Shown piece by piece: positions 1 to 9,558 of a stretch of DNA of 64,000 nt. The stretch's first letter is position 1, and each line of letters opens with the position of its first letter. This DNA comes from an uncultured Nitrososphaerota archaeon (GTDB lineage: Archaea; Thermoproteota; Nitrososphaeria; Nitrososphaerales; Gagatemarchaeaceae). Made by a program: the position numbers and the translations under genes. The notes beneath the pieces were generated by a model that saw only the letters and a program-made list of their open reading frames with translations, had not been told where the DNA came from and did not search any database. The stretch lies in assembly GCA_963718895.1 (NCBI GenBank), contig CAVRAG010000008.1, forward strand, positions 896,001 to 960,000, read 5' to 3'.

Positions 1-508
1 AGCAACTTCAGGGTTCTCAGGTACGTGCAGCTGTGTCTCGAGACAATCGGCATTCCGTCGGGTGAGATCGATGCGCACACGCTACCGAATGGCTACGAGG
101 TCATAAGGTGGAACTCGGTGTACAGCAACCTCATCACGTGGATCGTCCGCGTCTGCATGGGTCTGAAGGAAGGAGAAAGGACGAGCGAGAATCCGATAAA
201 GATGGAGTGGCTTCTAGGCTGTCCGCACGACTTCATCGTGGCATTCCTTCAGGGACTAGGCAGACTCGGATGGGCACGTGCACAAGTCCGGGTACTATGC
301 AGACATCAGCAGTGTTCCGAACTCAGAGTTCTACGTGCGACTTCTCAAGCGAGTGTCAGTAGAAGCGAACGCCTATCCCAGAATCATGCCCCAGAGCGTA
401 CACATGTCATTGCAAGACGCGCTTGCAACTCCATTGTTCAACCCCATCATCAATAGCTACAGACATCAAAAACTCCTCGAACACGCAAAGCAACGTAAGC
501 TCTTGTAA
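1..508 (+). CDS. LAGLIDADG-like endonuclease, 5' truncated by window edge, +1 frameshift at ~259
   Basis: Removing one G at ~259 joins ORFs 25..456 and 278..508 into AFLQGLADSDGHVHK, a canonical LAGLIDADG helix. Confidence 0.7.
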
Positions 509-593
509 ACCCAGATCCGTCGATTCCTCCCCCTCCCTCTTTTTTTCTTCCGTGATGATTAAATAAGATCACAGTATTGTTAAGTGATGGATC

Positions 594-1244
594 TTGAGGA
601 CCGAGAGACTGGGCTGGGTCTACGCTTGCGTTGAACCAAGTGCCCGAACTCGAGGCGTGCGATTGCACGGGATACTTGAGTTTGATGAGAAGGCAAAGCT
701 GATTCAGGAACGAACAGGACCGGGCTATGACTTGCTCAAGGGCTTGACGATGGAAGATCCTGATGCCATTAAGAGTAAGATTGTTGAGATCCTTCAGGGT
801 AATCTGGAAGAGACTGCGGGCCTCAAGCTCGAGCCAGATTATACGAAATTTGTCATTATGGGGAGGCAGGAATTCGAGAAGGTCGCCAGAAAGGCAGGCT
901 CGATGTACTACCAGGACGTTGATCGACACAAGGACATCAAGAGACCAATAACCGTCTACTTCTCTCCTTTCCGGAGCGCTTCAACGGGCAAAGTGAGGAG
1001 CAAGCACATTCTCGTGATAGATGCTGACGGGAAAGTTGCGGATGACTGGAGCGACCCTTCGGGCTGGATAGTCGGATGGACCGACAAACCGCTGACCAAC
1101 CTCAACGCTCTCAGTATGGTCAGAGAGTTCCTCGCGGAGAACGGGATATCGATGTCAAAGCGCGATAGAGCCTACAGGCTTAATCCGCAGGCGATGAGGA
1201 ACAAGTTGGTTCAATTCCAGATTCCTGAGGAACCGAGTCCCTAG
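594..1244 (+). CDS. Hypothetical protein
   Basis: 216-aa ORF preceded by an AT-rich promoter-like stretch; no recognisable motif. Confidence 0.55.
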   Translation: MRTERLGWVYACVEPSARTRGVRLHGILEFDEKAKLIQERTGPGYDLLKGLTMEDPDAIKSKIVEILQGNLEETAGLKLEPDYTKFVIMGRQEFEKVARKAGSMYYQDVDRHKDIKRPITVYFSPFRSASTGKVRSKHILVIDADGKVADDWSDPSGWIVGWTDKPLTNLNALSMVREFLAENGISMSKRDRAYRLNPQAMRNKLVQFQIPEEPSP

Positions 1245-1289
1245 AGCTTGACCTCGGTCAGACCTGGGCATGAGCTTACATTCAGGAAA

Positions 1290-1547
1290 GTGGGGCGTCG
1301 GAAGTAAGATTCACGAGGCATGCGACAGAGAAACTCCGTATGCTCGAAAGCCATGGTGTGAAGATATCGAGAGCACAGGTGGAGCGGTCGGTGCTGGAAC
1401 CGGAGAACATCATCTCAGGGTTGGGAGGCAGGTCCATAGCCGAGAGCAGACGACGAGGAACACGCCCTGCGGGTCGTATTCGTCAGGGAGGAAAGCCAGA
1501 TATGAGTCATCACCATGTATCAGGCGAGGAGAGGGAGATACCATTGA
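1290..1547 (+). pseudogene. DUF4258-family (RelE-like) toxin, disrupted
   Basis: VRFTRHATEKL...LEPENIISG then, in another frame, DEEHALRVVF...I*VITMYQARRGRY; frameshift plus internal TGA. Confidence 0.7.
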
Positions 1548-1750
1548 ACGTCCATTACAGCAGGGACGAAGACATCCTGACCTACGAAGTCAGCGGCGAA
1601 CCGATCGACTACGCCGAAGGGATGGACTCTGTTATCGTCCACTTCACCAAAGACGGGAAGCCCGTGATGCTCGAGATACTCGATGCAAGGAAGTTCCTCG
1701 CTCAGACCGTCGACGCGACAAAGAAGAGAACGGTTTCTGCACGCAGTTAG
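1544..1750 (+). CDS. DUF2283-family antitoxin
   Basis: NVHYSRDEDILT...IVHFTKDGKPVMLEILDARKFL; TTG start overlaps the toxin stop. Confidence 0.8.
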   Translation: MNVHYSRDEDILTYEVSGEPIDYAEGMDSVIVHFTKDGKPVMLEILDARKFLAQTVDATKKRTVSARS

Positions 1751-1753
1751 CCG

Positions 1754-2038
1754 GTCGGCCCGATCTGGGCGGGCGGCGAACACGGAGAAGCCGAGGTCCT
1801 CAGCGATTGCTATAGGAATTCCCTTCAGCTGGCGGCAAAGATGAGAGTCGAGTCGATCGCCTTCCCTTCGATAAGCACGGGCGCATATGGGTATCCGATT
1901 GGCGAAGAGAGCAAAGTGGCGCCGAGGACAGTCAGGGGGTGCGTAGAACGGGAATCGGGACCATCGGAGGTTCGTTCTGTCCTGTTTGACCTGCGCGATC
2001 TGGCAATCTACGAGAGCGTTGCATCCAGCCTTCGGTGA
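1754..2038 (+). pseudogene. Macrodomain (ADP-ribose processing) C-terminal half
   Basis: VGPIWAGGEHGEAEVLSDCYRNSLQLA...SIAFPSISTGAYGYP; N-terminal half absent. Confidence 0.8.
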
Positions 2039-2408
2039 AGGGCGAGGACCAAGGCGAATCCCCTTGACACTAGGGCGGATTGGCGACTGGAGATTTCCTG
2101 GTTTTTGGTCGCCAGCGAGGCGACTCGCCTGTATTTCTTGCTCTTCGCGTCCGCATCGAATAGTGGAAGCCTCACCGCATCGTCCACGCTTAGGCTACTG
2201 AGATTCGATTGGTTCCGAAGACGTGCGAAGGAACATTGAGGTCCTTGAGAAGCCGTATCAGGGCAACGAGTGAGAACGATGAGACGGGAATCACGACCGC
2301 ACGTTCCTTGGGGCTGATCTTCGCCGACTTCTCGAAGAGGTCCCGAAGGAAAGCTATCCGCAGATCACGTGACGCCGACTGAATACGTTCGAGTTCAGAT
2401 TCTTGCAT
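2008..2408 (-). CDS. Degenerate single-domain LAGLIDADG-like protein (frameshift ~2195)
   Basis: RIAFLRDLFEKSA helix, then after the shift LSVDDAVRLPLFDADAKSKKY, matching the C-terminus of the 1..508 product. Confidence 0.5.
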
Positions 2409-2454
2409 GCCAAGATACTTCAGAACTATTCTTAAGCATCACCAGAATGCATTT

Positions 2455-2901
2455 TCAGAGAAGACGAATAGCAGGATAGTCCTTCGCAGGTCGATAATTC
2501 ATTATCAGGACATCAATCGCGCGTTTGGTTCCGTCTTCCGCGGTGACCGTTACTCCCTTTTCCTGCAGGTTCTCCTTCACATGCCAATCGAGGTTGTCAT
2601 AGGCATAGTCTGAGAGACCTTTGATGCAGAGCCAGACGTCGACGTCGCTTGCCTTGGTCCATCTTCCAGCCGCCATCGAACCGATGATCCAAGCGCCTTT
2701 GAGTTTCCCTTGTTTCTGATGATATTTGCAATCTTCCTCTGCGTAGTCATCATATTCTGTAATACAATCGTACTCGTCGAGAACAAGCTCCAAGGCGCCC
2801 AGGCCGTCGTCCCGGCGTATCGGGTCCTTGTGACGGCGATGCTTCCACTTATCCGCCTGTATGGATTTCGCTTCTCTCTGGATGACTTCGGCCTCTAACA
2901 T
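2455..2901 (-). CDS. Minimal (Pol beta-family) nucleotidyltransferase domain protein
   Basis: IIGSMAAGRWTKASDVDV (GS...DxD) plus distal IDV. Confidence 0.75.
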   Translation of the reverse strand: MLEAEVIQREAKSIQADKWKHRRHKDPIRRDDGLGALELVLDEYDCITEYDDYAEEDCKYHQKQGKLKGAWIIGSMAAGRWTKASDVDVWLCIKGLSDYAYDNLDWHVKENLQEKGVTVTAEDGTKRAIDVLIMNYRPAKDYPAIRLL

Positions 2902-2948
2902 GGAGTAATCAGCCCCGGACAGTATTTAGGGGGATCTGAGGACGAGAT

Positions 2949-3743
2949 TCAACTCTTCGGGTGTTGCGTGCCTTCGTCGTGTTTCCCTAGATATTCATAC
3001 TCGCCAGGACTCACGAACTTGACGAGCCCTAGGTCGCGGAGCACCTGGAGTTGCTGCCTTATCTTGGGACGTACGTTGTGATTGTCGCGATGCTTTCCTG
3101 CCAGTTCCTCCTCGAACTCGTAGAGCTCATCGAGCTTGAATGTGGTTGGCAATCTCTCGACGCACGTTAGTATGTCCGCGACCCAACCCCTGAGATTGGG
3201 TTTGGTCCTGAGGAGGGAATTACTCTGTTTCCATTGTGCTAGGACTTCCTTCTTTTCTCTAATTACTCCTTGATTGACGACTTCAATCTTGCCGAGCTTC
3301 GGGATATCGTCAAGCGAATAGAGACACCCTTGCCAACCGGCACGTCGTGCCGTCGGCGACAATGGCCTCCTGGGAATTATGCAGCTAGTCGTTATGCACG
3401 ATCTATGAATTATCGTGAGCGCTTCTGCCGACCAGTTTGGTTGATCGTAGTGCAAGAGAAACATGGAAGGCTGTGTTCCTGAGAGGATACTGTTTAGTGT
3501 CGTATGATACTCTGACCCAAGGAGAACGTGAGAGAATCTGTGGGCGCTAGACTTGAGTTGGAATCTCTCTGAGCAGGTCGGAGAATAGAAGTCGTAAACA
3601 CTCGTCCCTTGTGGGAAGGATGCGAGCTCAACTCCACATGACGGGCAATAGAAATTCTGAAGAGCCCACGCTTCCGTTGAGACTCTAGCTATCTGAGAGG
3701 CACTCTTAAGTCGGCCATCCGGAGGAGGTAATGCCAGCTCCAT
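2949..3743 (-). CDS. dpnI: DpnI / Dam-replacing family methylation-dependent restriction endonuclease
   Basis: SASQIARVSTEAW...YCPSCG, FQLKS, RRAGWQGC and C-terminal winged helix NHNVRPKIRQQLQVLRDLG. Confidence 0.9.
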   Translation of the reverse strand: MELALPPPDGRLKSASQIARVSTEAWALQNFYCPSCGVELASFPQGTSVYDFYSPTCSERFQLKSSAHRFSHVLLGSEYHTTLNSILSGTQPSMFLLHYDQPNWSAEALTIIHRSCITTSCIIPRRPLSPTARRAGWQGCLYSLDDIPKLGKIEVVNQGVIREKKEVLAQWKQSNSLLRTKPNLRGWVADILTCVERLPTTFKLDELYEFEEELAGKHRDNHNVRPKIRQQLQVLRDLGLVKFVSPGEYEYLGKHDEGTQHPKS

Positions 3744-3849
3744 ACCCTTCCAGTCATGGCAGCAATCAGACCTTATTCTCCTTTATTCCTTCGGGGGGAA
3801 TCGACCCAATCCAACTTCCTCTCCTTGGCTTACCGTCTCAATGTTTGGA

Positions 3850-4160
3850 TTAGATAGACTCAGCCAGCGATCTTATTTCCTGAAACTTCTTGCTACGTAA
3901 CCGTTTGCTGAAAACTGGGATGCGCGCCGCTTCCTCTACGTTAATAGATACTGTGATTGGATCAACTCCGGCAACTCGGGGGAGGCTCCGATACTCCGCA
4001 GAAGTTCTACGACGCCGTTGAGATAGGACGGGCTCACGGGTACCCAGACCGTTCTCGACTTTACTTCCACCACCCCCAGACTTTCGAAGACACCTTGTAT
4101 GAAAACGAGTTTGACATTATCAGGAGCCGCCCTGACCAAATTAGAAAATGCGTCACTCAT
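3850..4160 (-). CDS. Degenerate single-domain LAGLIDADG-like protein (frameshift ~3965)
   Basis: KLVFIQGVFESLG helix, then after the shift PITVSINVEEAARIPVFSKRLRSKKFQEI*. Confidence 0.5.
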
Positions 4161-4218
4161 GCATTCAACCGTCAGGGAATCTAATAAACACCCCCGCTGG
4201 ACTGGATGAGACTACAAC

Positions 4219-4371
4219 CTATTCCTTGTCTGTCGTCGAATTGCGTGTGGCAATCTTCCGGACCTTGATGGTGACCAAGTCTCCTTCCTGAATTTGGAGC
4301 GCGGCGCGAATCTCCTTCGGGATTGCCACGCGTCCCAATGCCTGAACCTTCGCTGTGAAGGTGATTTCCAA
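4219..4371 (-). CDS. AbrB/MazE/SpoVT-family DNA-binding protein (50 aa, not in ORF track)
   Basis: TTG start; EITFTAKVQALGRVAIPKEIRAALQIQEGDLVTIKV. Confidence 0.85.
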   Translation of the reverse strand: MEITFTAKVQALGRVAIPKEIRAALQIQEGDLVTIKVRKIATRNSTTDKE

Positions 4372-4410
4372 TCTTCCTCATACCGTTACCTAAACACATT
4401 ATTTAAGGAC

Positions 4411-4439
4411 ATATGCTCTAATGTTTCCTTATAGCATAT
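4411..4439. promoter_or_regulatory. Inverted-repeat operator candidate in divergent promoter
   Basis: ATATGCT-N15-AGCATAT between divergent AbrB and wHTH genes, flanked by TATA-like elements. Confidence 0.45.
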
Positions 4440-4479
4440 ACCAAATCTTTAGAAAAAGACCTAGCTAGGCAAGTTCAAG

Positions 4480-4731
4480 TTGCCGCTGAAGGAGTCTGAA
4501 GGGAAAGTTCTGCTCGCCCTCCTCCTGAACGGAGACACTCCGATTATGACACTTCCAAAGAAAGCAAATCTCGGTGGCAATGCGGTATACAACTCCATCA
4601 GGTGGTTGTCTGAGCGCAGCCTGGTTGAAGACATCAGGGAAAAGGGGCGGCCGGGGCGTAGAATCATCAAGCTGACCGAGAAGGGGAAAAGAGTGGCGGA
4701 GCTCCTTCTGAAGGTCGAACATAGTCTCTGA
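4480..4731 (+). CDS. Winged-helix (MarR/ArsR-like) regulator
   Basis: AVYNSIRWLSERSLV...RRIIKLTEKGKRVA. Confidence 0.8.
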   Translation: MPLKESEGKVLLALLLNGDTPIMTLPKKANLGGNAVYNSIRWLSERSLVEDIREKGRPGRRIIKLTEKGKRVAELLLKVEHSL

Positions 4732-4767
4732 AAGACTCAAAAAGTATCTCGGATACTATATTGCGGG

Positions 4768-5265
4768 ATGCAATTCGGTGGAGCGAGGACTCCTCTAGCG
4801 AAGCTGGGTATCAACAGGAAGTATGTCTCCTTGCCCGTTGGCAAATCACCGCAGTCTTCCTCCTCGGCCGTTTCGAAGTCGATGCGATCCAACAAGGCGT
4901 CAGGCACAAAGCCCGAACTCACACTTTCAAGACTTCTTAGGAAGAAAATCAGGCGAAATTCCCTTCCCGGCCGACCTGACTTCGCCTATTCGCGGGAAAA
5001 GGTGGCCGTTTTCGTTAACGGTTGTTTTTGGCACAGGTGCCCTGCTTGCAATCTTCCCATCCCTAGAAGGAACTCGTCCTTCTGGAAGCGCAAGTTCTCC
5101 AGAAACGTTGAGCGAGATGAACTAAATCGCAAAGAACTCGAGGCGAAAGGATGGACGGTCGTTGAACTTTGGGAGCACGAGATTAAGACTAGCCCAAAGG
5201 ATTCGTCGCTCAAGGTACTTAACGCGCTGAATCGGTCTTTGCGGGGCGACCGACTAAATCGGTGA
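4768..5265 (+). CDS. vsr: Very short patch repair endonuclease
   Basis: MRSNKASGTKPE, LPGRPDF, VFVNGCFWH, FWKRKF.RNVERD, WEHE. Confidence 0.92.
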   Translation: MQFGGARTPLAKLGINRKYVSLPVGKSPQSSSSAVSKSMRSNKASGTKPELTLSRLLRKKIRRNSLPGRPDFAYSREKVAVFVNGCFWHRCPACNLPIPRRNSSFWKRKFSRNVERDELNRKELEAKGWTVVELWEHEIKTSPKDSSLKVLNALNRSLRGDRLNR

Positions 5266-5271
5266 ATCGGG

Positions 5272-6531
5272 ATGTCTAGAGAGTCCAACGAGTCTCACAA
5301 TCCTGGTCCAAGTCTCTCTCATCTCGCTAGCTCGGATTCTCAGGTCTCGCTGTTCGAGCCTGAAAGTTCCCTTCGAACCCGAAATCGGTGTACGGACAGA
5401 TGGATTAAACTGATGAGGGATGAACTCCCTAAGATCTTCTCCGTCAATTCCGAAGGACTCGTCGTAGCTAGAAACCGCCTAAGAACCATGGATGAGAAAC
5501 AGGGCGAAGTCATTAAGGATACAGCCAAAGGGTCGAGCCAACGCTATTCTGTCATATTCACGAACCAAGGGGAAAAGGCGAAATCCAATCCGAACCGAAT
5601 CAATTTCGAAGTTTCAAAGTCGGAGAGGGTATTCGACCGCTGTCTGGTCTCCTCTTGCAGAAATCCGAGGTCGAAAAAGGGCAACATACGGGGTTTGTGC
5701 AAGGGAAACCAACACAAGCATCTTGAGGTAATCGAGAAACGTAAAGATCTGCCAGACGGCACGTACTATGCGAGACGCAATGACGAAAACGGTCACTTGG
5801 TAACTGGACCTCCGTTGACGGTTTCTCAAGCAGAGGACCTTCTCAATTCACTCAAGACTAAACTAAGGGAAAGAAGGGAAAGAAAGAAGAAAAGCGGAAA
5901 GGACGAGAGGGATGAGAAGAATCCCCGATTGTGGGGCCCATCTGAACTTAAGAAGCTAGACCATTATGTCGACTGGGTAGGCGTTCTCAGGGAGGATGGC
6001 AGCGGACGAGAGATTTTCGCCCCATGGCACGGGGGCATCGCGGAAGTCCTTCTTACCTGGATAGGGGCCGATGAAGAGAGAGGAAAAAAGGTGGATGAGT
6101 TTGTGGGCGACGTGCTCCAGAATGTAGTGGTAGGCCACATCAAGGATTCGACGACGATGCAGATAGAGTATGAAAGAGGCCTCGGTGAAACCGAAACAGG
6201 TTGCAAAGGACTCGGGGCGCTAGACGTGATTTCCTCTGTGAGGAGTGTCGTAAACAAACACTTCGATGACACAAACGAAGGGATAAGCTGGAAAGTTGAA
6301 GACCGGGAACCGTTCGAGCAAGTTCCCATTAGAATAGTAGCGGCTATGATGGCTCTGGGCTTTGCTGCCGAGGAGGCAAACAGGAGTGATGCTTGGTTCT
6401 GCAAAGAAATCCTAGGGGGAGAGAAGTCTCATTACGCGAGCGCCTACATGTCAGCGGTCTACTATCTCCTCAGACGAGCAAAAGCTAGTCAACCCCAAGC
6501 GACGATGGTAGTACAGGCAATGACGCGTTAA
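5272..6531 (+). CDS. Putative restriction endonuclease (unrecognised family)
   Basis: 419 aa; in an operon with vsr and convergent with a C5-MTase; C-x4-C...GLC-x4-H motif; call is from context only. Confidence 0.4.
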   Translation: MSRESNESHNPGPSLSHLASSDSQVSLFEPESSLRTRNRCTDRWIKLMRDELPKIFSVNSEGLVVARNRLRTMDEKQGEVIKDTAKGSSQRYSVIFTNQGEKAKSNPNRINFEVSKSERVFDRCLVSSCRNPRSKKGNIRGLCKGNQHKHLEVIEKRKDLPDGTYYARRNDENGHLVTGPPLTVSQAEDLLNSLKTKLRERRERKKKSGKDERDEKNPRLWGPSELKKLDHYVDWVGVLREDGSGREIFAPWHGGIAEVLLTWIGADEERGKKVDEFVGDVLQNVVVGHIKDSTTMQIEYERGLGETETGCKGLGALDVISSVRSVVNKHFDDTNEGISWKVEDREPFEQVPIRIVAAMMALGFAAEEANRSDAWFCKEILGGEKSHYASAYMSAVYYLLRRAKASQPQATMVVQAMTR

Positions 6532-6540
6532 GCGACCGAA

Positions 6541-7632
6541 CTAGATTGTTTGATACACCAGTGAGTCTTGGGGTGGACTGAGCCCCTCTTCTCGCAGAAT
6601 CGCTTTGGCCATGGCTGAGGAAAGCTTGACAGGGACTGAATTCCCTACTAGTTTGTACTTTGAAGTCAACGTCTTGGCGGGAAACCTGTAGCTGATAGGA
6701 TAACATTGCATCGACGCGCATTCTCTGACCGTGGGCTTACGATATCTGACTTCGCCCTTGTAATCGGTCTTGATTACCATGGTCTCCCTTGAAGCGTTGA
6801 ACTGGGTTGCCATCACCGTCCGTGAAGGCCTGTCGAGGTCGTCCGGGAATTTCATCTTCCCGTAGTATGCGTGGGCGACCTTCTGCCTCTTGTTCCTCTC
6901 CGCCTCCTCCTTGGTCATGAGCGCATCATCGGGGCTCATGAAGTGGTCCTCCAACTGCCGTGAGGGCATCGATAGCTTGTAGTTGGGATCATGGACGACC
7001 TTTCGCTTCGGTACGGGTTCGATGGGATTTGGAAAGGCATCGATGACCCTTCTCATCGGGACCCACGGTTCGTAAAGCAGGTTATCCAGCGTCAAAGCAG
7101 ATTCCGCGAAGTGTGTCTGAACCGGGCTCGGGTACTTCCCAGAAAGGAGCCTCAGGCGCTTCTGCGGAGCCCCGAAGTTGGCCGAATTGAAGACTTCCCG
7201 GCGCGGGATGTCGAAGAATCCGTCTTCAGCTATGCCCATGTCCTGAAGACGGACACGAGAAGGAAGCGTTTGCAGGAGGCGTGGAACGTTCTCCATAATC
7301 CACCATTTTGGTTTGAGTGTATGCACGAACTTGAAATATGCTAGGACCAACTTCATGCCTTTCTTGAAGTCGCCGCCTCCCCCTCTTTTGGATCCCGAGA
7401 ACTCAGTACAGGGTGGCCCTCCGATCAAGACATCCGGGTGGGGGAACTGAGATGGGTCCAGCGTCTCAATGTCAGCCTTGACAACCTCAGCTTCAGGCTG
7501 ATTCAGCTTGTGCGCCTCCAGGGCAGGGTTCCAGTTGTCTATCGCGTGAGTGACTTGAAATCCCATCTGTCTGAATCCTTCAGAAAAGCCACCTGCACCG
7601 CAGAAGAGATCTATGACGGTGAGACGACCCAA
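6541..7632 (-). CDS. dcm: DNA (cytosine-5)-methyltransferase
   Basis: Motifs I DLFCGAGG, IV GGPPC, VI ENV, VIII QKRLR, X GNSVP. Confidence 0.95.
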   Translation of the reverse strand: MGRLTVIDLFCGAGGFSEGFRQMGFQVTHAIDNWNPALEAHKLNQPEAEVVKADIETLDPSQFPHPDVLIGGPPCTEFSGSKRGGGGDFKKGMKLVLAYFKFVHTLKPKWWIMENVPRLLQTLPSRVRLQDMGIAEDGFFDIPRREVFNSANFGAPQKRLRLLSGKYPSPVQTHFAESALTLDNLLYEPWVPMRRVIDAFPNPIEPVPKRKVVHDPNYKLSMPSRQLEDHFMSPDDALMTKEEAERNKRQKVAHAYYGKMKFPDDLDRPSRTVMATQFNASRETMVIKTDYKGEVRYRKPTVRECASMQCYPISYRFPAKTLTSKYKLVGNSVPVKLSSAMAKAILREEGLSPPQDSLVYQTI

Positions 7633-7829
7633 AGCTAACCTTTTCGGCCCTTTTGGAGTCTATTAAATACTATTCAATACTCCAGACATACGAGGGAAAC
7701 AGAGGATAGTACAGGTCTTCTGAATCCCAAGGATCGCAGGCTACCAGTGTCCAAACGACGTAATCCTAGTGATCTCACGGTCCTGACGCACACTCCTTGA
7801 GAGTTGGTGGTTATATCTAGGTTAGAGAT

Positions 7830-8771
7830 ATGGGAACCGTGAACAGAGCAGTCTCTGTGCAGGGAGGTTTGCTTGACCTGTTCGCGCCCAAGTTCGGTCT
7901 GGACTCTCTTGGCGCGCCCGGTGAGACAATCATTCTGAAGGTCGTGATAGAATTAAGGAATCAGGGGAGGCTCGTCCTCTTTGCCTCGTATCCAATCAAT
8001 GGGAGGCACGTCCAGATAAGAACGAAGAAGCTCATCGAGCTTGGTCCTGAGGTGAGTGTGGTCTCAGTGAGCCGATACTCGAAGAAGACCTTCATCGCAG
8101 AAGCCAACGATGCGCTCTCGCGCCAGAGCCTGCAGGATCTCCGCGCTTGGTTTCAGATGGCGAGCAGCTTTCACTCAGCGTTGAAGGGAAGCTCGCCCCC
8201 GCGAACCTTGACAGCCTGTACACCGCTGCGGCGAAGGTTTTCGCGCTCATAGAGTGCCAGGGCGCGACCCTCAGGGTCGCTCTTGGAGACGAAGTCGAAC
8301 TCTTCGACACGTCGAGGCGTCGACTAGTCGGGATGAGGATGGAGGGCGAGAAGCTGACTCTCGAGAGGACCTTTCAGCACGGCGGAACTTCGCGTCTGAC
8401 AAGGATGGGGGGTGCCTCGTTTGACGATGAACCGAAAACCGAGAGGCGACGGAGATTGGATAGTTTATGCATTCCATGCCGTGGTAGGCACAGGAAAAAT
8501 CAAGATTCTTGATGTCGTTGTGCTGGATTCAGAAGGCAATCTAGTAGATGAGACCGGAGGATTTCATCTTGTTGAGGTCGACGATGGCAGAGTAACCCCA
8601 AAGAAAGTGAAACTGTTTGTCCAAGAATTTACGGAGGGTTTTCTTCACGCCGAAGGCATCGACGTAGAGCTTCCACTTGAGAACATCAGGCTGACCGATC
8701 TGGATGGGTTGAGCGCGGTTCTCGCCAGGGCAAACTCGCAGAAGTATGGGCCGATCAGAGACCTCCGCTAG
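7830..8771 (+). CDS. Hypothetical protein(s), probably one or two genes split by frameshifts
   Basis: Chained overlapping ORFs 7830..8252, 8147..8512 and 8412..8771. Confidence 0.4.
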
Positions 8772-9046
8772 GCGACGACGCGAACAGTTCACCCGGGGAG
8801 CAGCGGAAATGAAGACCGAGAGCTAAGTGGCTCTCGATTCTTAGGTTCCTGTGATTGGCTGGATGTGGACTCTCTTCGCCGTTCTCGCCCCAACGCATGG
8901 CCAAAATAACAGGTTCTTGACCTAATGGTCGCCGGCCCCGCCGCGGGCCGTGTAGCTCAACCTGATTACGACATCGGGGATGGCGCTAGAGTCGAAGTCC
9001 CAGTCTGAATCTCAGGGACGTCTCGCGACCTGGTCTATTGGAGCAC

Positions 9047-9457
9047 CTAGGATGTCGAGTAGGTCTTGAAGCTCGTTTCGTTGGTCATTTGATTGACCGT
9101 GCCCTCGACCCAGCCCTTTGTCGAGTTCAGCCAGCCGAGCTTCTGGGACTGGGTCATGTAGGTAACCGACCCGGAGAGTGTCTCCGTAGTGGCGGTCGTC
9201 TGCCTGCCCGTCCCCTTGCCCGTCAGGACGATCACTTCCCCATCCGGGGTGGATTCGATGGCCCTCGATTCGTACTCGAAGGTACCGTCCAGCTTCTGGG
9301 TGATGTCTACGGTCTCGAGGTGGCTCGCTGTGTACCTACCATTGACCTGACCCTGCGCGTTGTACTGGACCTTGATGCCGGACTCGGAGATCTCCTTGAT
9401 GATTATTGCGGTCGCCTTCTCGGTGCACTCGCTGATCTGCTCGCGCTTCCCCATCAT
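9047..9457 (-). CDS. Hypothetical beta-rich protein
   Basis: Protein-like C-terminal part of ORF 9047..10267 starting at MMGKREQ. Confidence 0.7.
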   Translation of the reverse strand: MMGKREQISECTEKATAIIIKEISESGIKVQYNAQGQVNGRYTASHLETVDITQKLDGTFEYESRAIESTPDGEVIVLTGKGTGRQTTATTETLSGSVTYMTQSQKLGWLNSTKGWVEGTVNQMTNETSFKTYSTS

Positions 9458-9469
9458 GGGCTTTCCCTC

Positions 9470-9550
9470 CCACGTCCCGGTTATAGGTTGGATGTGGATC
9501 TCCTCGACGTTCTTACCCAAGACGCAGCCACAGCCGGCTACGCGCCCGCC
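9470..9550 (-). repeat. Diverged copy of the tes 3' end (pairs with 10078..10158)
   Basis: 62/81 nt and 22/26 aa identical by manual alignment. Confidence 0.9.
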
Positions 9551-9558
9551 CGAACAGC

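Larger units (their letters stand above)
1..8900. mobile_element. Lower-GC defence/genomic island (left end outside window, no integrase visible)
   Basis: GC and codon usage visibly differ from sequence after ~9,040; contains R-M, DpnI, TA and nucleotidyltransferase genes. Confidence 0.6.

Noticed and set aside
552-600. C/D-box sRNA (GTGATGA)
   Set aside because: No convincing CTGA D box; reads better as a terminator/promoter region
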